DNA of 64,000 nucleotides. Origin: Eubacteriales bacterium (lineage in GTDB: Bacteria > Bacillota > Clostridia > Christensenellales > Aristaeellaceae). The translations under genes were made by a program, and so were the position numbers. How positions within the stretch are numbered: position 1 is the first letter of the stretch; every line of letters starts with the position of its first letter. This document shows positions 1-8,303 of the stretch, in pieces. The stretch is taken from assembly GCA_031556815.1 (NCBI GenBank), contig JAVBSI010000024.1:469-64468 (forward strand), given 5' to 3'. A model generated the notes under the pieces. That model saw only the letters and a list, made by a program, of their open reading frames with translations. It did no database searches and was not told the DNA's origin.

Positions 1-1658
1 AGCGAAAGCTACGGGCCTCTGCCGCGGAGCGCGGCCTTGCGCCTTCGTCGCGTAGCGTGCGCACCACCACCAACCGGGGTACCTTTTTTTCGGCTGTGGA
101 TAATCCGGAAGCCACTCTGCGGCCGGTGGACCCCGCGTTGATTGAGGCCGGGGATGTGGAAGAGGATGCGCAAATTGTTTATACCGAGAAATACCGGCCA
201 AAGGGGTCGCAGACCCAAGTACGGCGGGAACAAAGTCCACCCAGTTTTGGCTTCACCCAACGTGTGCAAGGCATGGGTGAAACGCCGGATGAACAGCCCG
301 TCTACGATGGCTATCATGACACCAGTGCCTACATCCCCTTTCAGAACCGCCAGGACGAATACGAACATTCTTTACGGATGCGCGACAGCGGCAGCTGGGT
401 GCCCAGGCGGTTTGGCATGCGGCGCTTGATGCGGGCCTTGCTCATCATCGTGTCCGTACTGGTGGTGGGCTGGCTGGGCTGGGCAGTGGTTCTCCCCATG
501 ATCAACGCCAGCAACAATAAAGCCATCGCTGAGGTCACGATCACCCCCACCATCCGCGACGACTTGGCCGCACACACCATCACCATTCCGGGTCAGGAGG
601 GGCAGCGCATTACCATCCGGGAATTGCGCACCTCTGCCATTGTGACCGGGGGCGTAGCCACCTTCGACATCCCAGATCATCAGTGGTACGATAATTTTGA
701 GGACTATCTCCAGGAGACCATGGCTGTAACCCTCACCCCTTATTTGATGACGGATACCGGCAAACAACAGCCTTTGGAACCCATCCATTATGATATCGAC
801 ATCCCACTTTCTCCTATCGAACTGGCCACGCCGGACAATCCGTACAAAGTGGTCAGCACGGCCATGTACAATATCATTCTCTATGTCCGGGCGGGAAGCA
901 CGGTGCTTATCAACGGGCAGGATTACTCCGATTTGGTAAACACCGACGATGGCAAGGTGAGCTACAATGCCACCGTGCAGCCCATCGGCGAGAACCACTA
1001 CGACATTGTGGTGCGAAGCCAGTATTGCCGAGAGAACACAATGACCGTCACCCTTTTTCGAGAAAAGCAGGACATCCCCCTGGACTTGCAGTCAGACATC
1101 GCCTCCCGCAGCACCGACCCTGTGCTGACCATTCGGGCCAACACACTGCCAGGCGCGGTGGTGAAAGTGCTGTCACCCTACACAGATTTGGACATTACCA
1201 ATACCGATACGGATGGGACCTTCACTTTCAAGGCCACCTTCGATCATATCGGCGACAACATGATCACCATCACCGCGGATTATCCCGGTAAAAAAACCAC
1301 CACCGTAGACCATAATGTATACTACGTGCCTTCCATCGACGAGTATTCCCGCAAGGCCTGGGACATTGTAGGGCAGTATACGGACCTGATGGACAACCTG
1401 GACTTGCGCAAAAAGAAAACGCAGATCTATGTCTGCATTGGTAAGGTGGTTTCCATCGAGACCACCAAGCCACAGCGGGCATTTATGGAATGCACCTCTG
1501 ACGCAAGCCCCAACCCTGTCACCGTATATATCGAAAACTCCTCCCGCACAAACTGGGAAGAGGGCCAAACCTACCGCCTCTATGCGGACGCCTTTGGCAT
1601 GTATGACAGCAAACCTTGGTTGGTGGTGCGGTATACCTATAGCAAGGGCGAATATTAA
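1..1658 (+). CDS. Hypothetical single-pass membrane protein (polar, probably disordered N-terminus, one TM helix, large extracytoplasmic region)
   Basis: ORF 57..1658 (first in-window start is GTG). The frame stays open back to nt 3, so the start may lie upstream of the window or at an internal Met. TM segment LLIIVSVLVVGWLGWAVVLPMI. No family recognised. Confidence 0.5.
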   Translation, partial: RKLRASAAERGLAPSSRSVRTTTNRGTFFSAVDNPEATLRPVDPALIEAGDVEEDAQIVYTEKYRPKGSQTQVRREQSPPSFGFTQRVQGMGETPDEQPVYDGYHDTSAYIPFQNRQDEYEHSLRMRDSGSWVPRRFGMRRLMRALLIIVSVLVVGWLGWAVVLPMINASNNKAIAEVTITPTIRDDLAAHTITIPGQEGQRITIRELRTSAIVTGGVATFDIPDHQWYDNFEDYLQETMAVTLTPYLMTDTGKQQPLEPIHYDIDIPLSPIELATPDNPYKVVSTAMYNIILYVRAGSTVLINGQDYSDLVNTDDGKVSYNATVQPIGENHYDIVVRSQYCRENTMTVTLFREKQDIPLDLQSDIASRSTDPVLTIRANTLPGAVVKVLSPYTDLDITNTDTDGTFTFKATFDHIGDNMITITADYPGKKTTTVDHNVYYVPSIDEYSRKAWDIVGQYTDLMDNLDLRKKKTQIYVCIGKVVSIETTKPQRAFMECTSDASPNPVTVYIENSSRTNWEEGQTYRLYADAFGMYDSKPWLVVRYTYSKGEY

Positions 1659-2008
1659 GCCTCAAAAGCGTTTTTCAAATGAATGATGCCCCCTGCCGTA
1701 ATCTCCACTACATCAAAGCGCAGGATTCCTTCCGGCTGATATTGCGCCTGGTAGCTAAGAGCGGCTTGTATCAACCGTTTCTGCTTCGTGGAGGTTACGG
1801 CCTGAAGGCCCTCGCCCGCTTTTCCCCTGTCCCTGGCCTTGACTTCCACACAGACAGTCTGCTCCCCGTCTTGCATCACCAAATCAATTTCACCATAAGC
1901 GCAACGGTATCGCTTGCAACGCAAAACCATACCCTGAGCCTGTAAAAAAACAAGGGCCCGCTGCTCGCCCAGCAGGCCCTTGTCATAGGCTGTTAGCCCA
2001 TTATGCAT
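1655..2008 (-). CDS. yraN: YraN-family (UPF0102) endonuclease-like protein
   Basis: 117 aa; GEQRALVFL...[11 protein letters not shown]...VCVEVKAR...RFDVV pattern typical of UPF0102/YraN. ATG overlaps the glyA stop by 8 nt (ATGCATAA). Confidence 0.8.
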   Translation of the reverse strand: MHNGLTAYDKGLLGEQRALVFLQAQGMVLRCKRYRCAYGEIDLVMQDGEQTVCVEVKARDRGKAGEGLQAVTSTKQKRLIQAALSYQAQYQPEGILRFDVVEITAGGIIHLKNAFEA

Positions 2009-3251
2009 CGGGAAACCCCTGATACAGCGGGAACCGCCGCATCATCTGCTCCACGTCGCCTTTAACGCCGGGGCAGGCATCCTCCCCGCCCATAATGATC
2101 TTCTTAATAAAACCGGCAATGGCCTCCATGTCGTTTTCCTTCATGCCCCGGGTGGTTACGGCGGGGGTGCCCACACGCACACCGCTAGCCACAAAAGGAC
2201 TGCGCTTTTCCCCGGGGATGGTATTCTTGTTCACGGTGATGTTGCTCTGTCCAAGCAGCTGTTCCAACTCTTTGCCGGTACGCTCCGTATTGGTTAGATC
2301 CATCAAAATCAGATGGTTGTCCGTGCCATTGGAAACCATATGGATATCATTGTTACGGAAAGCGTTTTCCAATGCTTTTGCATTGTTGATAATTTGCTGT
2401 TGGTAACTCTTGAACACCGGTTGAAGCGCCTCATGGAAGCAGACCGCCTTGGCGGCAATGACATGCATCAGGGGACCACCCTGGATGCCGGGGAAAATTG
2501 CCTTGTCGATGACCTTTGCATGCGCTTCCTTGCAGAGGATGAGGCCACCCCGGGGCCCGCGCAAGGTCTTATGGGTGGTGGTGGTAACAAAGTCCGCTAC
2601 AGGAACGGGGCTTTCATGAAGTCCCGCCGCCACCAGTCCGGCAATATGGGCCATATCCACCATCAACAGCGCGCCCACTTCGTCCGCGATCTTCCGCAAC
2701 GTGGTAAACTGGATCGCCCTTGAGTAAGCGGAGGCACCCGCCACGATCATCTTGGGCTTGTGCTCCTTGGCAACGGTTCGCACCTGGTCGTAGTCAATAA
2801 AGCCGGTTTTTTCATCCACGCCGTAAGGCACAAAATGATAATACTTGCCGCTCATGTTCACAGGGCTTCCGTGGGTCAGGTGCCCGCCATGGGATAGGTT
2901 CATGCCCAACACAGTATCGCCTGGTTCCAGCATGGCAAAATAGACGGCCATGTTGGCCTGTGCTCCGCTATGGGGCTGCACATTGGCATGCTCGGCCCCA
3001 AAGAGCTTCTTTGCTCTGTCCCGGGCCAAGTTTTCCGCAACGTCCACATATTGGCAACCGCCATAATACCGCTTGTCCGGATATCCCTCTGCATATTTGT
3101 TGGTCAGGGGAGAACCCATGGTCTCCAACACCGCTTCCGAAACAAAATTCTCCGATGCGATCAGTTCGATGTGCTCCCTCTGGCGGATCACCTCGCTCTG
3201 GATCGCGGCAAACAGCTCTGGATCATTGGCCATCACATGCTGATAGTTCAC
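2001..3251 (-). CDS. glyA: Serine hydroxymethyltransferase
   Basis: 416 aa; full-length SHMT signature ([29 protein letters not shown] with the PLP-Lys). GTG start preceded by AAGGGGA. Confidence 0.95.
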   Translation of the reverse strand: MNYQHVMANDPELFAAIQSEVIRQREHIELIASENFVSEAVLETMGSPLTNKYAEGYPDKRYYGGCQYVDVAENLARDRAKKLFGAEHANVQPHSGAQANMAVYFAMLEPGDTVLGMNLSHGGHLTHGSPVNMSGKYYHFVPYGVDEKTGFIDYDQVRTVAKEHKPKMIVAGASAYSRAIQFTTLRKIADEVGALLMVDMAHIAGLVAAGLHESPVPVADFVTTTTHKTLRGPRGGLILCKEAHAKVIDKAIFPGIQGGPLMHVIAAKAVCFHEALQPVFKSYQQQIINNAKALENAFRNNDIHMVSNGTDNHLILMDLTNTERTGKELEQLLGQSNITVNKNTIPGEKRSPFVASGVRVGTPAVTTRGMKENDMEAIAGFIKKIIMGGEDACPGVKGDVEQMMRRFPLYQGFPDA

Positions 3252-3284
3252 ACTCGCATCCCCTTACCCTCAAAAAATCTTTGG

Positions 3285-3415
3285 AAAAACCGGTGTATTC
3301 AGATTGAGCGCTCCCGCAGCACATCTCAATAAACGCTTACTGCTGCTTCCTTCCGGACCTGACAGGGTTCACGCCTTGCGATCGCACAGGACTCAACCGT
3401 CATCATACACACGGC
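3285..3415 (-). ncRNA. ffs: Signal recognition particle RNA, small (4.5S-like) form
   Basis: The minus strand contains the invariant helix-8 motif GUCAGGUCCGGAAGGAAGCAGC (plus 3340-3362). 5' CCGUGUGU and 3' ACACCGG close a long hairpin, and GGUUGAG/CUCAAUC pair internally. A U-run at the 3' end and a promoter sit directly upstream. No ORF. Confidence 0.8.
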
Positions 3416-3421
3416 TTTATT

Positions 3422-3450
3422 ATTGTACCCAATGCGTTCTAGGAACGCAA
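3422..3450 (-). promoter_or_regulatory. Sigma-70-type promoter for ffs (TTGCGT-17 nt-TACAAT)
   Basis: Minus-strand -35 TTGCGT (3450-3445), 17-nt spacer, -10 TACAAT (3427-3422). The predicted +1 coincides with the 5' end of the SRP RNA closing helix. Confidence 0.55.
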
Positions 3451-3466
3451 GTCTTTTTGCTGTTCT

Positions 3467-4489
3467 TTACAATGGTTTCCCGTCCAGCGCCGCTAAGTAA
3501 TCCTCAAGATTGTCCTGCAACAGCTGAGGGGTATCCAGCCCGTAGGGGCAATGTTTTTTGCACTGCCCGCAGCGTCTGCAGTCCTGGATAAGCCGCATCC
3601 CCGCCTGCCAATACGGGGTTTGCCATTGCTCCGGGGGGGAACGACGCAGCAGCAAGGACATACGAGCAGCAATGTTGATCTGAATCCCCACAGGGCATGG
3701 CATGCAATACCCGCAGCCCCGGCAAAAAATGCCGCTGAGCGCTTTGCGGTCTGCCTGTATGATGGCTTGAAACTCCGCTGTCATCACCGGCGGCGCGTGC
3801 ACAAAACCCAGAATTTCCTGTAGCTCAGCCTCCCGCTGGATACCCCATATGGGCAGCGCACCCGCAAAGTCGGCTAGGTAGGCGTAAGCCGCAGCGGCGT
3901 GGGTGATCAACCCGCCGGAGAGCGCCTTCATCGCGATGAAGCCCATGTTGGCCTTTGCGCAGCTGCGCACCAGCCGTTCGTCCGCGTCCGATGACAAATA
4001 GCTGAAGGGAAATTGCAGCGTATCGTACAGGCCACATTCCACGGTTTCCAGAGCAATCCCTAATCGGTGATTGGAAAGGCCTACAAAGCGAATTTTTCCT
4101 TGTTCCTTGGCCTTTAGCGCCGCGTCATACAGCCCGTTCTCATCCCCGGGTTTGGGACAAAAAGCAGGGTTGTGAAACTGATACAGATCCAGATAGTCCG
4201 TTTGCAGGGCACGCAGGCTTGTCTCCAAATCTTTCCAAAACCCTTCGGCGGTTTGGGCCATGGTCTTGCTGGCGATATAGATCTTTTGCCGCACATTGCC
4301 CAAGGCAAGGCCCATCTTCTCCTCACTGTCGCTGTAACCACGGGCTGTGTCAAAAAAAGTCATGCCGCCGTCATAGGCTCTTTGCAATAACAAGATGGCC
4401 TCATCCCGGCTCACCCGCTGAACGGGCAGCGCGCCAAAACCGTTCTTATCAACGGTGATGCCGGTCCGGCCCAATGTTACTGTTGCCAT
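3467..4489 (-). CDS. Aldo/keto reductase with a C-terminal 4Fe-4S-type Cys cluster domain
   Basis: 340 aa; AKR N-terminal pattern (GFGALPVQR, FFDTARGYSDSEE, IASK) plus C-terminal CRGCGYCMPCP ... CRRCGQCKKHCP. RBS AGAGGGGAAGAG; starts 14 nt after the upstream dehydratase stop. Confidence 0.8.
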   Translation of the reverse strand: MATVTLGRTGITVDKNGFGALPVQRVSRDEAILLLQRAYDGGMTFFDTARGYSDSEEKMGLALGNVRQKIYIASKTMAQTAEGFWKDLETSLRALQTDYLDLYQFHNPAFCPKPGDENGLYDAALKAKEQGKIRFVGLSNHRLGIALETVECGLYDTLQFPFSYLSSDADERLVRSCAKANMGFIAMKALSGGLITHAAAAYAYLADFAGALPIWGIQREAELQEILGFVHAPPVMTAEFQAIIQADRKALSGIFCRGCGYCMPCPVGIQINIAARMSLLLRRSPPEQWQTPYWQAGMRLIQDCRRCGQCKKHCPYGLDTPQLLQDNLEDYLAALDGKPL

Positions 4490-4502
4490 ACGCTCTTCCC
4501 CT

Positions 4503-5525
4503 CTATGGCTTGATTTGCCCCAACTTCTCTTGGATAAACACCAAGCCCCGAAGCTTTTCCACCACCTGATTCACATCAAGCTGCTGGGTATTATGGCTTG
4601 TGTAATCCTGTACATCAGGGTCCATCGCCTGGCCCAGGTCAAAATACTTGTCGTAATTCAGATCACCGGCCTCGGGCTCCACGGAATAATACGCTCCTCG
4701 ATCCTTGCTTCGGATCCTCTCCTCCCGTGTAAGCAAGGTTTCGTACAACTTCTCCCCGTGGCGGCTGCCGATATATTTGATCTCATATCCTTCCCGGTGA
4801 AAAACTTTTAAAATGGCTTTGGCCAAAACTTCCGTGGTACAGGCAGGGCTTTTTTGCACAAACAGCTCGCCGGGTTTAGCGTTTTGGAAGGCGTATGCCA
4901 CCAAATCCACGGCTTCGTCCAAGTTCATGAGGAAGCGGGTCATGGTGGGGTCCGTGATGGTGAGAGGTTTGCCCAACCCTAACTGCTCCACAAACAATGG
5001 GATAACGCTACCACGGCTGGCCATGACATTGCCATAGCGGGTACAACAAATGACGGGGCCGCCTTCGGCCACTTCCCTGGCCCTGGCGGCGGCGACCTTT
5101 TCCATCATGGCCTTGCTGATACCCATGGCATTGATCGGGTAGGCGGCCTTGTCGGTGGACAGGCAGATCACCTTTTTCACCCTTGCCTGAATCGCCGCGG
5201 TCAGTACGTTATCGGCGCCAATGACGTTGGTGCGAACGGCTTCCATGGGAAAAAACTCACAGTTTGGCACCTGTTTCAGCGCCGCCGCGTGAAAGATGTA
5301 GTCCACCCCCGCAACCGCTTCCCGCACGCTTTCAATGTTGCGCACGTCCCCCAGGTAGAACTTCACCTTGGGGTTTTTTAGGGCCCGGCGCATATCGTCC
5401 TGCTTTTTCTCATCTCGGCTAAAGATGCGAATCTCCTTCACATCCGTGTCCAGATAATGCCTCAGCACCGTATTGCCAAAGCTGCCGGTACCCCCGGTAA
5501 TGAGCAATGTTTTGCCTGCAAACAT
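4503..5525 (-). CDS. fnlA: UDP-N-acetylglucosamine 4,6-dehydratase/5-epimerase, CapE/FnlA/WbjB type
   Basis: From MFAGKTLLITGGTGSFGN the protein is near-collinear with my recollection of S. aureus CapE (KEIRIFSRDEKKQDD, FHAAALKQVP, LSTDKAAYPINAMGISKAMMEKV, RYGNVMASRGSVIPLF, MTRFLM). The ORF track start 5561 is rejected in favour of Met13, which has GAGGAC 6 nt upstream. Confidence 0.85.
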   Translation of the reverse strand: MFAGKTLLITGGTGSFGNTVLRHYLDTDVKEIRIFSRDEKKQDDMRRALKNPKVKFYLGDVRNIESVREAVAGVDYIFHAAALKQVPNCEFFPMEAVRTNVIGADNVLTAAIQARVKKVICLSTDKAAYPINAMGISKAMMEKVAAARAREVAEGGPVICCTRYGNVMASRGSVIPLFVEQLGLGKPLTITDPTMTRFLMNLDEAVDLVAYAFQNAKPGELFVQKSPACTTEVLAKAILKVFHREGYEIKYIGSRHGEKLYETLLTREERIRSKDRGAYYSVEPEAGDLNYDKYFDLGQAMDPDVQDYTSHNTQQLDVNQVVEKLRGLVFIQEKLGQIKP

Positions 5526-5542
5526 AGTTGCGTCCTCGATTC

Positions 5543-6691
5543 TCACAGGATTTTCCGCCATACCATCTGGTCTACGACACGAGTGTAACTCTGGATGATC
5601 TTCACCACTTTGGCGCTGACATTTTCATCGGTGTAATCGGGGACAGCCGCGCCTATGTCCCCGGCGCTACGCATGGCCAGGGCGGTGGCCACCGACTGAA
5701 GCACCTGCTTCTTTTCAATGCCTGCCAAAATGAAATGGCCCTTTTCCATCGCCTCCGGGCGCTCGGTGGAGGTGCGGATGCATACTGCGGCAATCGGCCG
5801 TCCCCGGCTTGCAAAATAGCTGCTCTCCTCGGGCAGAGTTCCGCTGTCGGAAACCACGGCAAAAGCATTCAGCTGCAGGCAGTTATAATCCAGAAAACCC
5901 AAGGGTTTGTTTTGATGCACACGGGGGTCAAAAACAAATTGGCGCTGCTGGATCCATTTGGCGGCCCGGGGATGGCAAGAATAGAGGATGGGCATATCAT
6001 AGTTCTCAGCCAGTGCATTGACGGCATTCATTAGGCTAGAAAAATTCTCCTCGCTGTCGATGTTCTCCTCTCGATGGGCGGACAGAAGGATGTATTGATC
6101 CTTCACAAGCCCAAGCCTGGCAAGCACATCCGAGGCGTTCAGCTTGTCCCAATGGGCTGCCAGCACCTCGGCCATGGGCGAGCCCGTCACAAAGGTGCGC
6201 TCCTTAGGCCTTCCCTCTCCAAGCAGATAGCGGCGTGCCTGCTCACTATAGCACAGGTTCACATCCGCGATATGATCCACCATACGGCGGTTGGTTTCCT
6301 CCGGGAGGCATTCATCAAAGCAGCGGTTACCGGCCTCCATATGAAAGATGGGAATGTGCAGCCGCTTGGCCGCGATGGCGGACAGGCAGGAGTTGGTGTC
6401 CCCCAGCACCAGCAGCGCGTCCGGCTTTTGCTCCCTCATCAGCCGGTAACTTTTGGCAATGATATTGCCGATGGTCTGGCCCAAATCCTCTCCCGCCGCG
6501 TCCAGAAACACATCCGGAGCACGCAGCCCCAAATCCTCAAAAAACACTTGGTTGAGTTCATAATCATAATTTTGACCCGTATGCACTAGGGTCTGGTCAA
6601 AGTATAGATCGCATTTGGGGATCACCGCGGACAGACGGATAATCTCCGGCCGAGTACCCACCACAGTCATCAGCTTTAATCGATTTCCCAC
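5543..6691 (-). CDS. UDP-N-acetylglucosamine 2-epimerase family (non-hydrolysing; WecB/CapG/FnlC-like)
   Basis: MTVVGTRPEIIRL, HTGQNYDY, GDTNS, HMEAGNR and SDSGT motifs. GTG at 6691 is preferred (GGGAGGA 6 nt upstream); the ORF track start is 6706. Confidence 0.85.
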   Translation of the reverse strand: MGNRLKLMTVVGTRPEIIRLSAVIPKCDLYFDQTLVHTGQNYDYELNQVFFEDLGLRAPDVFLDAAGEDLGQTIGNIIAKSYRLMREQKPDALLVLGDTNSCLSAIAAKRLHIPIFHMEAGNRCFDECLPEETNRRMVDHIADVNLCYSEQARRYLLGEGRPKERTFVTGSPMAEVLAAHWDKLNASDVLARLGLVKDQYILLSAHREENIDSEENFSSLMNAVNALAENYDMPILYSCHPRAAKWIQQRQFVFDPRVHQNKPLGFLDYNCLQLNAFAVVSDSGTLPEESSYFASRGRPIAAVCIRTSTERPEAMEKGHFILAGIEKKQVLQSVATALAMRSAGDIGAAVPDYTDENVSAKVVKIIQSYTRVVDQMVWRKIL

Positions 6692-6719
6692 TTTTGTTCC
6701 TCCCAAGGGACGCGCAGGC

Positions 6720-7124
6720 TCATTCCACCGCTGCCATTTCGTCCATCAGCTTATAGATCGACTCCTCATTTCCCCGGTAATTAACAATAAAACGCAAACC
6801 AAAGGCAACGGAACGGCCCTCATCAGGGTCGCTGCAAAACTGCTGGCACAGCTGTTTGGCCCGGTTGCTGGTATCGAAGTAGACGTAAAGCGCCTCTCCA
6901 TTCACCCAAAAGGTATCCCATACCGACTGATTGAAGATGGGCATGGAGGCCGGATCCTCTGTGGGTTCTGATGGCGCAACGGTACATGAAAACCCTTTTG
7001 CAACAACCCAATCCGCCAGGGCGGCCTTTTGATCCTGCTGGCTAAGCCCTTGACAGGCGCTTAGCAATAAGGAGGATGCTATGAGCAGGCAGAGCAAGCC
7101 TGGTTTTACCGCCGGTTTGTCCAT
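6720..7124 (-). CDS. Hypothetical lipoprotein
   Basis: Signal peptide with lipobox LLLSAC after MDKPAVKPGLLCLLIASS. RBS GGGAGG upstream of the Met at 7124. No family recognised. Confidence 0.55.
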   Translation of the reverse strand: MDKPAVKPGLLCLLIASSLLLSACQGLSQQDQKAALADWVVAKGFSCTVAPSEPTEDPASMPIFNQSVWDTFWVNGEALYVYFDTSNRAKQLCQQFCSDPDEGRSVAFGLRFIVNYRGNEESIYKLMDEMAAVE

Positions 7125-7247
7125 GCCCTTCGCCTCCCTGCCAAAATCCTTCAAAAAGTATAGCATATTGGCAATGGCTTGGCAATTGTGATAAAATAAA
7201 TGATCCTATGCTTCATGGCTGCAGGCTTATGGATGAGGAGGGATTGG

Positions 7248-7463
7248 ATGCGCTGCGGCTGCCCTCAATGCCACATACTCATGATCCAAAGTGAAGGAGA
7301 CCAGAAGGATTGCGTCTGTCCGGAATGTGGCTTTCGTTGCCATGCCTGCCAAGGCACGGATACGGTGCTCAGTCCGCAGCAGCTGCGGGCGTGCGCCGCT
7401 GAGCTGGAGCATGCGCTGGTGCACCAATTTCTTCAGGATAATCCAGGGGAAGCGGAGGGCTGA
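7248..7463 (+). CDS. Small Cys-rich zinc-ribbon-like protein, hypothetical
   Basis: 71 aa from MRCGCPQC...CVCPECGFRCHAC. GAGGAGG lies 6 nt upstream of the ATG at 7248 (ORF track start 7200). Confidence 0.45.
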   Translation: MRCGCPQCHILMIQSEGDQKDCVCPECGFRCHACQGTDTVLSPQQLRACAAELEHALVHQFLQDNPGEAEG

Positions 7464-7487
7464 CCTCCCGCAAGCCTTGGCGCTTGC

Positions 7488-8060
7488 CTACAGCGCCAAT
7501 ACGCCTAAGTGTTCCAACAAAATCTTTAAGCCGATTAGCACGAGCACCACGCCCCCCGCGACTTCGGCTTTCTTTTTATACTTAGTCCCAAACCGGTGGC
7601 CCAGCAGCACCCCTACGAAAGACAACCCAAAGGTGATAGAACCAATCAGCAGGCAAGCGGGGACAATGGGCATTTGCAAAAATGCGAAAGTGATGCCCAC
7701 GGCCAGGGCATCGATGCTGGTGGCAACAGCCAACAGCAACATTTCCTTTATATTGATCCTTTGATCCACCGGGCAAAACTCTTCCTCCTCGGTCTTTTCA
7801 TGAAATGCCTCCCATATCATGTGGCTGCCGATATAGGCCAGCAGGCCAAAGGCGATCCAATGATCCACCGAGGTGATGTGCTGTTCAAATTGTTTGCCCA
7901 GCAGCCATCCAATCATCGGCATCACCGCCTGGAACAACCCAAAGAACAGCCCAATAACCGCGGCATGGGCATAGCGCAGTGTTTTCATGCCAAGCCCTTT
8001 GCACATGGATACCGCGAATGCATCCATGGATAAGCTTATTGCAATCAGAACCAATTGCAT
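7488..8060 (-). CDS. mntP: Manganese efflux pump MntP
   Basis: From MQLVLIAISLSMDAFAVS...; duplicated S(M/I)DA(F/L)AVG halves typical of MntP/YebN. The Mn riboswitch directly upstream supports Met at 8060 rather than the 8180 ORF start. Confidence 0.85.
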   Translation of the reverse strand: MQLVLIAISLSMDAFAVSMCKGLGMKTLRYAHAAVIGLFFGLFQAVMPMIGWLLGKQFEQHITSVDHWIAFGLLAYIGSHMIWEAFHEKTEEEEFCPVDQRINIKEMLLLAVATSIDALAVGITFAFLQMPIVPACLLIGSITFGLSFVGVLLGHRFGTKYKKKAEVAGGVVLVLIGLKILLEHLGVLAL

Positions 8061-8083
8061 CACCCTGTTTTCACCCCCGCTAC

Positions 8084-8250
8084 AAAAAATCGGACGTTTT
8101 CCCAACGCCCGAATGATGGTTTCATGATGGAACCTCAGGCGCGGCAACAGCCACACATGAGTCTCGGATTTTTGATGCAAGCCAGACCGGATATGGTCAG
8201 TATGTTGACTTGCAGCGTATCTCTACGCCACCTACTCCCTCACGAGTAGC
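8084..8250 (-). promoter_or_regulatory. yybP-ykoY Mn2+ riboswitch with intrinsic terminator expression platform
   Basis: The minus strand shows the conserved blocks GAGGGAGUAG ... GCAAGUCAACAUAC ... CCGAGACUC. These are followed by the hairpin GGGCGUU-GGGA-AACGUCC plus a U6 run (plus 8084-8110), then the RBS GGGGGUGA and the mntP ATG. Confidence 0.75.
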
Positions 8251-8303
8251 GACATCATACCCTATGCGGAAGAATTTGTCAACTTGCCAAAGCGCCGTTT
8301 TCT

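Noticed and set aside
60-95. T-run after GGTACC (about nt 83-91) as a terminator of an upstream RNA
   Set aside because: No complementary stem precedes the T-run, and the coding frame runs straight through it.
3252-3466. Initial idea of a glyA-linked riboswitch (ZTP, THF or T-box) in the spacer upstream of glyA
   Set aside because: The conserved sequence found is the SRP RNA helix-8 motif, not a riboswitch core. The element has its own promoter and U-run, and ends about 34 nt before the glyA start.
8231-8250. CTACTC-GTGAGG-GAGTAG hairpin as an independent terminator or operator
   Set aside because: It contains the conserved GGGAGUAG block of the yybP-ykoY aptamer, so it is best explained as part of (or an alternative pairing within) the riboswitch.
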